From the NCBI GenBank assembly GCA_021789895.1, contig JAJYIU010000012.1, positions 33,216 through 97,215 of the forward strand: a DNA stretch of 64,000 nt, written 5' to 3'. Origin of the DNA: Acidobacteriota bacterium. Its GTDB lineage: Bacteria; Acidobacteriota; Terriglobia; Terriglobales; SCQP01. Position 1 is the first letter of the stretch, and every line of letters starts with the position of its first letter. The translations under genes and the position numbers were made by a program. Under the pieces are notes generated by a model. That model saw only the letters and a program-made list of their open reading frames with translations, did no database searches and was not told where the DNA came from. This document shows positions 55,898 through 64,000 of this stretch, piece by piece.

Positions 55898-56521
55898 ATG
55901 CTTCGCTACTACATTACCGACGGCCGACGGCAAGCCAACCGCGCCGGCTGGCTGCTGGAGCGCATGGCCGCGGCGGCTGCCGCCGGTGTGGATTACATAC
56001 AATTGCGGGAAAAAGATCTGAGCGCGCGCGAGCAATTCGAACTGGCCCGCGCCGCGGTCGAGCGCCTGCGTGCTTTTCCCGCCACCCGGCTGCTGATCAA
56101 CGACCGCCTCGACGTCGCCCTGGCGGCGGGCGCGCAGGGAGTGCATTTACCCGCCGCCGGATTGGAGTTGGCGGCGGCGCGGCGCCTGGCGCCGCCCGGC
56201 TTCCTGCTCGCCCGCAGTTGCCATACCTCGGGCGAAGTCGCCGCCGCCGCCGCCGCCGGAGCGGATTTTGCCGTGCTGGGGCCGATTTTTGCGACCCCTT
56301 CCAAACCCGGCGCCGCGCCGCTGGGCTTGCAATGCCTGGCCGAAGCCTGCCGCCTGCCTTTGCCGGTGCTCGCGCTCGGCGGCATCAACGCCGCGCGCGC
56401 CGCCGACTGCCTTGCAGCCGGCGCCGCCGGCGTGGCCGCCATTCGCTGGTTTCAGCAAGCAGATTGCGGCTCTCCGGAGGCGAGCGCCGCCGCCTCCGAG
56501 CCCAATGCCCACTCCCGCTGA
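55898..56521 (+). CDS. thiE: thiamine-phosphate synthase
   Basis: VDYIQLREKDL, LLINDRLDVALAAGAQGVHL, and GGINAARAADCLAAGAAGVA. The start is trimmed to ATG 55898. Confidence 0.85.
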   Translation: MLRYYITDGRRQANRAGWLLERMAAAAAAGVDYIQLREKDLSAREQFELARAAVERLRAFPATRLLINDRLDVALAAGAQGVHLPAAGLELAAARRLAPPGFLLARSCHTSGEVAAAAAAGADFAVLGPIFATPSKPGAAPLGLQCLAEACRLPLPVLALGGINAARAADCLAAGAAGVAAIRWFQQADCGSPEASAAASEPNAHSR

Positions 56522-56528
56522 CGCCGCG

Positions 56529-56804
56529 CTAATGCACGCGGTTCATACCCAGATAAAGCCAGATCCCCGCGATCACCACGATCAGCCCGCCGGATAAGGC
56601 GGTTAGCGTGCGGACGTAGGGCTGAAGCTTTTTCAGCGTAGAGACCGTATGTTCCTGATCTTGCTGCAGCCCGGCTTCGCCTTCATGCAGATAGAGCTGG
56701 TTTTCTTCATGCATGCCGACGACGCCGCGATAGATCAACAGCCCGATCAGCAACGCGGTAAAGACGGCCCAAACAATCAGCAGGCCGAGTAGGAGCGGAG
56801 TCAT
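56529..56804 (-). CDS. small membrane protein, hypothetical (two TM helices)
   Basis: The ATG is preceded by AAGGAGGGG. Contains LLLGLLIVWAVFTALLIGLLIY and LSGGLIVVIAGIWLYL. Confidence 0.6.
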   Translation of the reverse strand: MTPLLLGLLIVWAVFTALLIGLLIYRGVVGMHEENQLYLHEGEAGLQQDQEHTVSTLKKLQPYVRTLTALSGGLIVVIAGIWLYLGMNRVH

Positions 56805-56982
56805 AACCCCTCCTTGCAGGCGCGCTCAGTAGAGCCGAATGAAGTATATCTCAGCCCCCAGGCCGAGTGAAGAGGCGCCGCAAATCCTGCTAACTGTAGT
56901 GGATACAGCCGTCTCCGCCAGCCGGTTTGGCGGCGGGGAGCGCCGGCAGGGAGGACGATGAAACGAGCCGGAATCGAGCCGT

Positions 56983-57447
56983 TCAGGCCGCCCCTTCTTC
57001 GGGATTCTCCGGCTGCACTTCCACCTGCAACTGGATGGTGACTTCGGCGTGCAGTTGAGCCGGCACCTGGTATTTGCCCAGGCTCTTGATCGGCTCGGGC
57101 AAATGAATGCGGCGGCGGTCGAGATTGAAGCCGCGGCGCTCCAGTTCGGCCGCGACATCCATCGAGGTGACCGAGCCGAACAGGGTGCCCTGCTCTCCGG
57201 CGCGGCGCTGGAAGACCAGCGCCTGCGCTTCCAACTGCTGCGCCAGTTCGCGCGCGGAAGTTAATTCCGCCGCCGACTTGCGCGCGGCGGCGGCGCGCAT
57301 CTGCTCGATATTTTTCAGGTTGGCGGCCGTGGCCTCGATGGCCAGACGATGCGGCAGCAAGTAATTGCGGCCGTAGCCTTCGGCCACCTTGACCAGATCG
57401 CCGCGGCGGCCGAGCTTGGGAACGTCCTGTTTGAGTATGACTTCCAT
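56983..57447 (-). CDS. rplI: 50S ribosomal protein L9
   Basis: MEVILKQDVPKLGRRGDLVKVAEGYGRNYLLP. ATG 57447 follows GGGAGG. The rest of track ORF 56983..57801 is an upstream read-through. Confidence 0.93.
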   Translation of the reverse strand: MEVILKQDVPKLGRRGDLVKVAEGYGRNYLLPHRLAIEATAANLKNIEQMRAAAARKSAAELTSARELAQQLEAQALVFQRRAGEQGTLFGSVTSMDVAAELERRGFNLDRRRIHLPEPIKSLGKYQVPAQLHAEVTIQLQVEVQPENPEEGAA

Positions 57448-57487
57448 AACCATCCTCCCTGGACGCCGGCAGGCGCCCGGCGGGGAA

Positions 57488-57763
57488 TTAAAGCGACGCG
57501 GCAAACGGCAGCAGCGCAATGTTGCGCGCCTGCTTGATTGCCCGCGCCAGGTGGCGCTGATGCGGCGCGCAGGTGCCGGTGATGCGGCGGGGAATGATCT
57601 TGCCCCGTTCGGCCACAAACTGCTGCAGCAGCCGCGCGTCTTTGTAGTCAATCTTGTCAATCTTCTCGACGCAGAATTTGCAGACTTTTCGGCGGCGAAA
57701 GTATTGGCGTTTGCCGCCGCCGGGGGCGGGAGCGGATTTTTTCGGTTCCTTCTGTTCTTCCAT
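57488..57763 (-). CDS. rpsR: 30S ribosomal protein S18
   Basis: [15 protein letters not shown]...[18 protein letters not shown]. Confidence 0.93.
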   Translation of the reverse strand: MEEQKEPKKSAPAPGGGKRQYFRRRKVCKFCVEKIDKIDYKDARLLQQFVAERGKIIPRRITGTCAPHQRHLARAIKQARNIALLPFAASL

Positions 57764-57784
57764 GGCGTAGTTCCTCGATCAGAT

Positions 57785-58216
57785 TCAGGCCTGGGGCTCA
57801 TCCAGCGGGGAGCGCGGTTCGATGGCGGGGGCGGGCATGGCCGGGGGGGCGGCTTCGGCGGCGGGCGCCGGCTTGCGGCGGGCGCGCGCTTCGCGGTGGC
57901 GGCGGTCCTGGGCCAGCCGTTTCTCCTGCTCGTCGGTGCGCACGGTGAGGTACTTGATCACCGATTCGGTGACCCGCAGCCGGCGCTCCAGTTCGCGCAC
58001 CGCCTCCGGGGGCGATTCCAGATCGAACCAGACGTAATCGCCTTCGCGGTAACGGCCGACGGTGTAGGCCAGCCGCTTCTTGCCCAGACGTTCGCTCTGG
58101 CGCAGCGTCGCGCCTGCCTGGGTGGCGATATGCTGCAGTCCGGTCACCAGATTGTCGGCCTCTTCCGCCGGCAGGTCGGGACGCAGGATAAACATCACTT
58201 CATAGGTACGTGGCAT
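57785..58216 (-). CDS. rpsF: 30S ribosomal protein S6
   Basis: MPRTYEVMFILRPDL. Has a C-terminal Ala/Pro-rich tail. No ssb lies between rpsF and rpsR. Confidence 0.93.
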   Translation of the reverse strand: MPRTYEVMFILRPDLPAEEADNLVTGLQHIATQAGATLRQSERLGKKRLAYTVGRYREGDYVWFDLESPPEAVRELERRLRVTESVIKYLTVRTDEQEKRLAQDRRHREARARRKPAPAAEAAPPAMPAPAIEPRSPLDEPQA

Positions 58217-58219
58217 GCT

Positions 58220-58870
58220 TCATTCCTTTCCCATTCCAGTGGCGCTCTCGGCGCCGTCCTCGCCCGCAAGCGGGGCGTTGTATAAACTCATCGTGCGCGG
58301 CAGTCCGTCGCGCAGCAGCATCTCGACGGCATCGCCGGCGCGTTCCAGCATCCGGCTGGCGGCTTCCAGCTCCGCCTTGCGCCAGGGCGAGGTGACGAAG
58401 CGGGCGGCGTCGCGGATGGGATGCCCGGGATGTATGCCCAGCCGCAGCCGGGGAAATTCCGGGCCCAGCAGCCCCACCACCGAGCGCAGGCCATTGTGGG
58501 TTCCGGCCGAGCCCCGCGCCCGCAGGCGCAGCGTGCCCATGGGCAGATCGAAATCGTCGCACGCCACCAGCAGCCGCTCGCGGGGACAATCGTATTTGGC
58601 CAGCAGGCTTTTCACCGCCACTCCACTCAGGTTCATGAAGGTTTCCGGCTTGGCCAGCAGCACCGTCTGGTCCGCCAGCCGGCAGCGCCCGGTCAACGCC
58701 TGGCACTCCCGCCGCTCCACCCGCGTTCCGGCGCGCTGCGCCAGTTCGTCCACCAGCAGGAAGCCGCAATTGTGCGGCGTGAAGGCATATTCGATGCCCG
58801 GGTTGCCCAGCCCGATGACAATCCAGAGCGAGTCGGGAGCTGCCGGACCGGCCTGGGCGGAATCTGGCAT
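58220..58870 (-). CDS. pth: peptidyl-tRNA hydrolase
   Basis: VIGLGNPGIEYAFTPHNCGF, DDFDLPMGTLRLRARGSAGTHNGL. Confidence 0.93.
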   Translation of the reverse strand: MPDSAQAGPAAPDSLWIVIGLGNPGIEYAFTPHNCGFLLVDELAQRAGTRVERRECQALTGRCRLADQTVLLAKPETFMNLSGVAVKSLLAKYDCPRERLLVACDDFDLPMGTLRLRARGSAGTHNGLRSVVGLLGPEFPRLRLGIHPGHPIRDAARFVTSPWRKAELEAASRMLERAGDAVEMLLRDGLPRTMSLYNAPLAGEDGAESATGMGKE

Positions 58871-58885
58871 GGCGGGTCGCGCCGG

Positions 58886-59620
58886 CTATTTCTTCTCCTT
58901 CTTGCCTTCGGCCTTCGCCTCGGGCTTGGCTTCCGCCGCTTCCGGCTCGGCCTCTTCCGCCTTGCCTTTGCGGATCACTTCCGGCTCGGCCGGGGCGGCG
59001 GCCGCCTCAGCCGCGGCAGGCGCCTCCACCACCTCCTTCACCGCCACCACATGCGCGATCACGCGCTCGGTATCGGTGATAATCTGCAGCCGGTCCTCCA
59101 GTTTGAGTTCCCCGATGCGGAAGTTCTGGCCGATGGAGAGGTTGCTGACGTCCACGGTCAGGTGTTCCGGGATGTCGCCCGGCAGGCATTCGATTTCAAT
59201 TTCGCGGGTGACCAGCTCGAGGATGCCGCCCTGGGTTTTGACTCCGACCGGCTCGCCCTGGGTCACCACCGGCACGCGCACGCGCAGCCTCACATCCAGC
59301 GCAATGCGCTTCATATCCACGTGCAGCAGCGCGCCGTGCACCGGCTCCAACTGCCAATCCACGATCATCGCGGCGGCGGTTTCGCCCCCGGCGACCTTGA
59401 GATCGAAGATGGTGTTGTGACCGGTATCGGAGTGCAGCACCCGGCTCACCGACTTGGGGTTCAGCGACAGCGATAGCGGCGCCTTGCCGGCGCCGTACAG
59501 GGTCGCCGGAATCATGCCGGCGCGGCGGAGCTTGCGCGCCGCGCCTTTGCCTTCGGCGGCGCGGGTTTCGGCTTCCAGCTCCGGCCGGTTAGGGGAGGCG
59601 GGGGAAGTGTGTGTGGCCAT
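58886..59620 (-). CDS. rplY: 50S ribosomal protein L25 / general stress protein Ctc
   Basis: RKLRRAGMIPATLYG and two beta-barrel domains, plus a Lys/Glu/Ala-rich tail. Confidence 0.9.
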   Translation of the reverse strand: MATHTSPASPNRPELEAETRAAEGKGAARKLRRAGMIPATLYGAGKAPLSLSLNPKSVSRVLHSDTGHNTIFDLKVAGGETAAAMIVDWQLEPVHGALLHVDMKRIALDVRLRVRVPVVTQGEPVGVKTQGGILELVTREIEIECLPGDIPEHLTVDVSNLSIGQNFRIGELKLEDRLQIITDTERVIAHVVAVKEVVEAPAAAEAAAAPAEPEVIRKGKAEEAEPEAAEAKPEAKAEGKKEKK

Positions 59621-59668
59621 GATGCGTCTTTCCTCTGCGGGGGCGGCGGCGGGCCGCGCGCCCGGTCG

Positions 59669-60661
59669 TTAAATAAAGAGCCGGCTGACCGAGCTCTCCT
59701 CGTGAATGTTGCGAATGGCGGTCGCCAGCAGCCCGGCGACGCTGAGCACGCGCAGCCGCGGCTCGGCCAGCAGCGCCGGCGAGGGCGGAATGGAGTTGGT
59801 GACGACCACCTGCTCCAGCCGGCTGTGGGCAATCCGTTCCAGCGCCGGCCCGCTGAGAACCGCGTGGGTGGCGCAGGCCAGGACCCGCCGCGCGCCGTGC
59901 GCCAGCAAGGCTTCGCTGGTTTTCACCAGCGTGCCGGCGGTGTCAATGATGTCGTCCAGGATGACCGCGCTGCGGCCTTTCACGTCGCCGATCACGTTCA
60001 TCACTTCGCTCTCGTCCATCGCCACCCGGCGCTTGTCCACGATGGCCAGCGCCGAATCCATTTTCTTGGCGAAAAATCGCGCCCGCTCCACTCCGCCCGC
60101 GTCCGGAGAGACTACGGTCAGGTCGGGCAGGTTGAGCTTCTGAAAGTGGTCCACCAGCACCGGCGAGGCGAACAGGTGATCCACCGGAATATTGAAAAAA
60201 CCCTGGATCTGCGGGGTGTGCAGATCGAGCGTCAGCGCCCGGTGCGCCCCCGCGGTGGTCAGCAGGTCGGCCACCAGCTTGGAGGAAATCGGCACCCGCG
60301 GCTTGTCTTTGCGGTCCTGGCGGGCATAGCCGTAATAGGGCATCACCGCGGTAATGCGCCGCGCCGAAGCCCGCTTCAGCGCGTCTATCATCAACAACAG
60401 CTCCATCAGGTGCGAATCCACCGGATGGCAGGTCGGCTGGACGACGAAGACATCGGCGCCGCGCACGTTTTCGGCGATATGGATGTAATTTTCGCCGTCG
60501 CTGAAACGCGTCAGTTGGCGCTGCGACAGCGGCATCTGGAGAAAATCGCAGATTTCCTGCGCCAGGGCTTCATTGGCGCTGCCGCTGAAGACTTTCAGCT
60601 TGTCTTCCGTGCTGCGCGCCCGGCGCGGGGCGGCGGCGGGGGATGGAGAAATGGCGCTCAT
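59669..60661 (-). CDS. prs: ribose-phosphate pyrophosphokinase
   Basis: KVFSGSANEALAQEI, YYGYARQDRK, and VILDDIIDTAGTL. The start is ATG 60661 (the track ORF uses TTG 60685). Confidence 0.93.
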   Translation of the reverse strand: MSAISPSPAAAPRRARSTEDKLKVFSGSANEALAQEICDFLQMPLSQRQLTRFSDGENYIHIAENVRGADVFVVQPTCHPVDSHLMELLLMIDALKRASARRITAVMPYYGYARQDRKDKPRVPISSKLVADLLTTAGAHRALTLDLHTPQIQGFFNIPVDHLFASPVLVDHFQKLNLPDLTVVSPDAGGVERARFFAKKMDSALAIVDKRRVAMDESEVMNVIGDVKGRSAVILDDIIDTAGTLVKTSEALLAHGARRVLACATHAVLSGPALERIAHSRLEQVVVTNSIPPSPALLAEPRLRVLSVAGLLATAIRNIHEESSVSRLFI

Positions 60662-60721
60662 GTTGGCTTGAGATAATCCGCCCAAATCCGTTCCGAATTT
60701 TTTACAGCCCTCGAAAACAAC

Positions 60722-60795
60722 TGGCTGGGGCGTTAGGATTCGAACCTAAATTCCATGCTCCAAAGGCATGTGTCCTACCCTTGGACGACGCCCCA
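60722..60795 (-). tRNA. tRNA-Gln (anticodon UUG)
   Basis: The minus strand reads UGGGGCG-UC-GUCC-AAGGGUA-GGAC-A-CAUGC-CUUUGGA-GCAUG-GAAU-UUAGG-UUCGAAU-CCUAA-CGCCCCA-G-CCA. This folds into a complete cloverleaf by hand, with the anticodon-loop centre UUG and an encoded CCA. Confidence 0.92.
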
Positions 60796-60815
60796 TTAAC
60801 TCGCCCCCGGCCGGC

Positions 60816-61811
60816 TCAGGCGGGCAGCCGCCGTATGCGATGGCGGTACGCTCCCCGTCCAAGCAGCGCGGTCAGCCACAGCGGGCCCCAGCGCTGCTGC
60901 CAGCGCCGGCTCCACAGCCGTGCTTGCCGCGCATCGGAGAGCAGCGCAAACTGCGCCGCGCCGCTGCCGCTCAGCCCCGTCCCAAGCACGGGAGCCGCCG
61001 CGAAAGCGCGATGGATGGCGCGAAAATCCGGGGAAAGCGGGAAGACGACCTCTGCGAGGTCGTTGGCGATTCCGGCGCGGACTTTCGGCCCGGGTGCGGC
61101 GGTCGTCCGCGCCCCCCGGCCGCGGTCCCGCCGAGGGCGGGACACCGGCAAAGCTCGCCATAGCGAGCTACAAAATGCAAGTTTAGCAGAGGTGGCCTCC
61201 GGCGTCCACGCCGCCGGATGCGCCGCATCCCAGGCCGCAAACGCGCCCCGGGTCTCGATGCCGGCGGTGCGCGGCAGCGCCAGCACGCAGCTCCAGGCCG
61301 GCAGCTCCGGCAGCGGATAGATTTCTTCGCCGCGCCCCAGGCCCACCGCCGTGCCGCCGACCAGGAAATAAGGCACATCCGAGCCCAATTCCGCCGCCAG
61401 CCGCCACAGCGTTTCCGCCGTCGGGCGGCGAGGCGCCGCAGCGGCCAGAATTTCCAGGATGGTGGCGGCGTCGCTGGAGCCGCCGCCCAGCCCGGCTTGC
61501 AGCGGAATGTGCTTTTCCAGCTCGATCGTGATCCGCCGGCGCAGGCCAAACGCCTCCGCCGCCAGTTCGGCCGCGCGCCAGGCCAGGTTGGCCGCGCCCG
61601 GCGGCGCTTGCAGCCACGCCGCCGGCGCGCCCGCCGCCGGCCGGCAGTCCAACGCCACTCCACGCCCGGGCTCCAGCCGCACCCGCAGCCGGTCGGCCAG
61701 GCGCAAGGTTTGAAAAATCGTGCGCAGCTCGTGATAGCCGTCCGCGCGCCGACCCAGCACCCGCAGGCCGAGATTGATTTTGGCGTGCGCGCGCGCGCTG
61801 AAGGTTTGCAT
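60816..61811 (-). CDS. ispE: 4-diphosphocytidyl-2-C-methyl-D-erythritol kinase
   Basis: AHAKINLGLRVLGRRADGYHEL and the GHMP motif PLQAGLGGGSSDAA. At 331 aa it is longer than usual because of an Arg/Pro-rich insert. Confidence 0.9.
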   Translation of the reverse strand: MQTFSARAHAKINLGLRVLGRRADGYHELRTIFQTLRLADRLRVRLEPGRGVALDCRPAAGAPAAWLQAPPGAANLAWRAAELAAEAFGLRRRITIELEKHIPLQAGLGGGSSDAATILEILAAAAPRRPTAETLWRLAAELGSDVPYFLVGGTAVGLGRGEEIYPLPELPAWSCVLALPRTAGIETRGAFAAWDAAHPAAWTPEATSAKLAFCSSLWRALPVSRPRRDRGRGARTTAAPGPKVRAGIANDLAEVVFPLSPDFRAIHRAFAAAPVLGTGLSGSGAAQFALLSDARQARLWSRRWQQRWGPLWLTALLGRGAYRHRIRRLPA

Positions 61812-61987
61812 AACGGTTTCCGCTGCTCGATTCTCTCAAAAACCGCGCCATGCCGGCTATCCGGCGCGGCCGCGGCGGGGCCTTGCCCGGGCGCAGCGGC
61901 GAGCCGGAGCCGTCACATCCGGCTGATGGCGGACAGCATTGCCGGGCCGCGCGCGGGAAATTTATATAATGAAATTTTCATCGGTAG

Positions 61988-63340
<1,353 letters not shown>

Positions 63341-63383
63341 GACGCAACGCCGGCTGCCCCCGATGGCCGGCGCCCAACCATTT

Positions 63384-64000
63384 ATGCCCCCAATCGTGCT
63401 TGTCATCCTCGACGGCTGGGGCGAGGCCCCCGCCGGCCCCGCGAACGCCATCTCGCTCGCCCGCAAACCCGTTTATGACCGCCTGCTGCGGGAATTTCCC
63501 CATACCCGCATCGCCACCTCCGGCCCGGCCGTCGGCCTGCCCGAGGGGCAGATGGGCAATAGCGAGGTTGGACACCTGAATATCGGCGCCGGGCGAGTGG
63601 TTTTGATGGACGTCACCCGCATTGACCGCGCCATCGCCGGCGGCGAACTGGGCCGCAACCCCGTCGTTGCCGCCGCATTCGAGCAGGCCCGCCGCGGCTG
63701 CCTGCATCTCATCGGCCTGGTTTCCGACGGCGGCGTGCATTCCCATCTCAACCACTTGGAAGCCCTGCTCGAACTGGCCCGCCAGGCCGGCCTGGAACGC
63801 ATCCTGGTGCACGCCTTCACCGATGGGCGCGATACCATGCCCCACTCCGGCCGCGATTATCTCGCCCGGCTCGAACAGAAATTGCGCGCGCTGGGCGCCG
63901 GCAAAATCGCCACCGTCAGCGGCCGCTATTACGCCATGGATCGCGACCGGCGCTGGGAACGCATCCAGCTCGCGACCGATGCCCTGGTGCACGGCGCCGG
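63384..64000 (+). CDS. gpmI: 2,3-bisphosphoglycerate-independent phosphoglycerate mutase, N-terminal part (runs off the window)
   Basis: My own translation from ATG 63384 gives [16 protein letters not shown]...[23 protein letters not shown], which are iPGM hallmarks. The frame is open to the window end and is not in the ORF track because it has no stop. Confidence 0.9.
   Translation, partial: MPPIVLVILDGWGEAPAGPANAISLARKPVYDRLLREFPHTRIATSGPAVGLPEGQMGNSEVGHLNIGAGRVVLMDVTRIDRAIAGGELGRNPVVAAAFEQARRGCLHLIGLVSDGGVHSHLNHLEALLELARQAGLERILVHAFTDGRDTMPHSGRDYLARLEQKLRALGAGKIATVSGRYYAMDRDRRWERIQLATDALVHGA

Overview
This is a high-GC (about two-thirds G+C by eye), very gene-dense bacterial chromosomal window. 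Its protein types (Tat-signal TIM-barrel isomerases, a remnant of a CarboxypepD_reg-type TonB receptor, a multi-PAS hybrid kinase) suggest an Acidobacteriota-like soil bacterium, but that is inference only. Layout: (i) 1-10.1 kb holds a Wzx/Wzy-type surface-glycan cluster: GT4, O-antigen-ligase/polymerase-like protein, GH-like protein, flippase, GT2, and two APH-fold kinase-like proteins, one fused to a methyltransferase-like domain. (ii) 10.1-22.7 kb holds comF-HNH-HIT, two exported TIM-barrel isomerases, argD, a 2-hydroxyacid dehydrogenase, hisA-like, queD, cytochrome c, ispH, transketolase, and a CE15-like esterase. (iii) 23.2-27.1 kb holds frr-pyrH-tsf-rpsB and rpsI-rplM. (iv) 27.4-28.0 kb holds a decayed TonB-receptor pseudogene. 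(v) 28.1-32.9 kb holds an ADP-heptose block (gmhB, hldA, hldC, GT9 heptosyltransferase) coupled to an ICMT-family methyltransferase and a DUF3108 gene. (vi) 32.9-33.5 kb is an anomalous AT-rich, repeat-dense island between convergent genes. (vii) 33.5-56.8 kb holds an aminotransferase, a hybrid histidine kinase, lon, pheA, a TPR protein, H+-PPase, two paralogous small secreted proteins plus DUF302, ubiD, an oxidoreductase/dioxygenase/methyltransferase/DUF2784 set, merR, der, pncB, and thiE. (viii) 57-64 kb holds rplI-rpsR-rpsF-pth-rplY-prs-tRNA-Gln-ispE, then eno and partial gpmI. I saw no CRISPR array, transposase, integrase, or recognisable defence system. I cannot point to a clear-cut novel multi-gene system. 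The most unusual signals are the AT-rich island with its 11-mer repeat array, the kinase pair inside the glycan cluster, the tandem small secreted paralogs, and the tailoring-enzyme set at 48-52 kb. Many long ORFs in the track are antisense shadow ORFs typical of high-GC DNA, and I rejected them.
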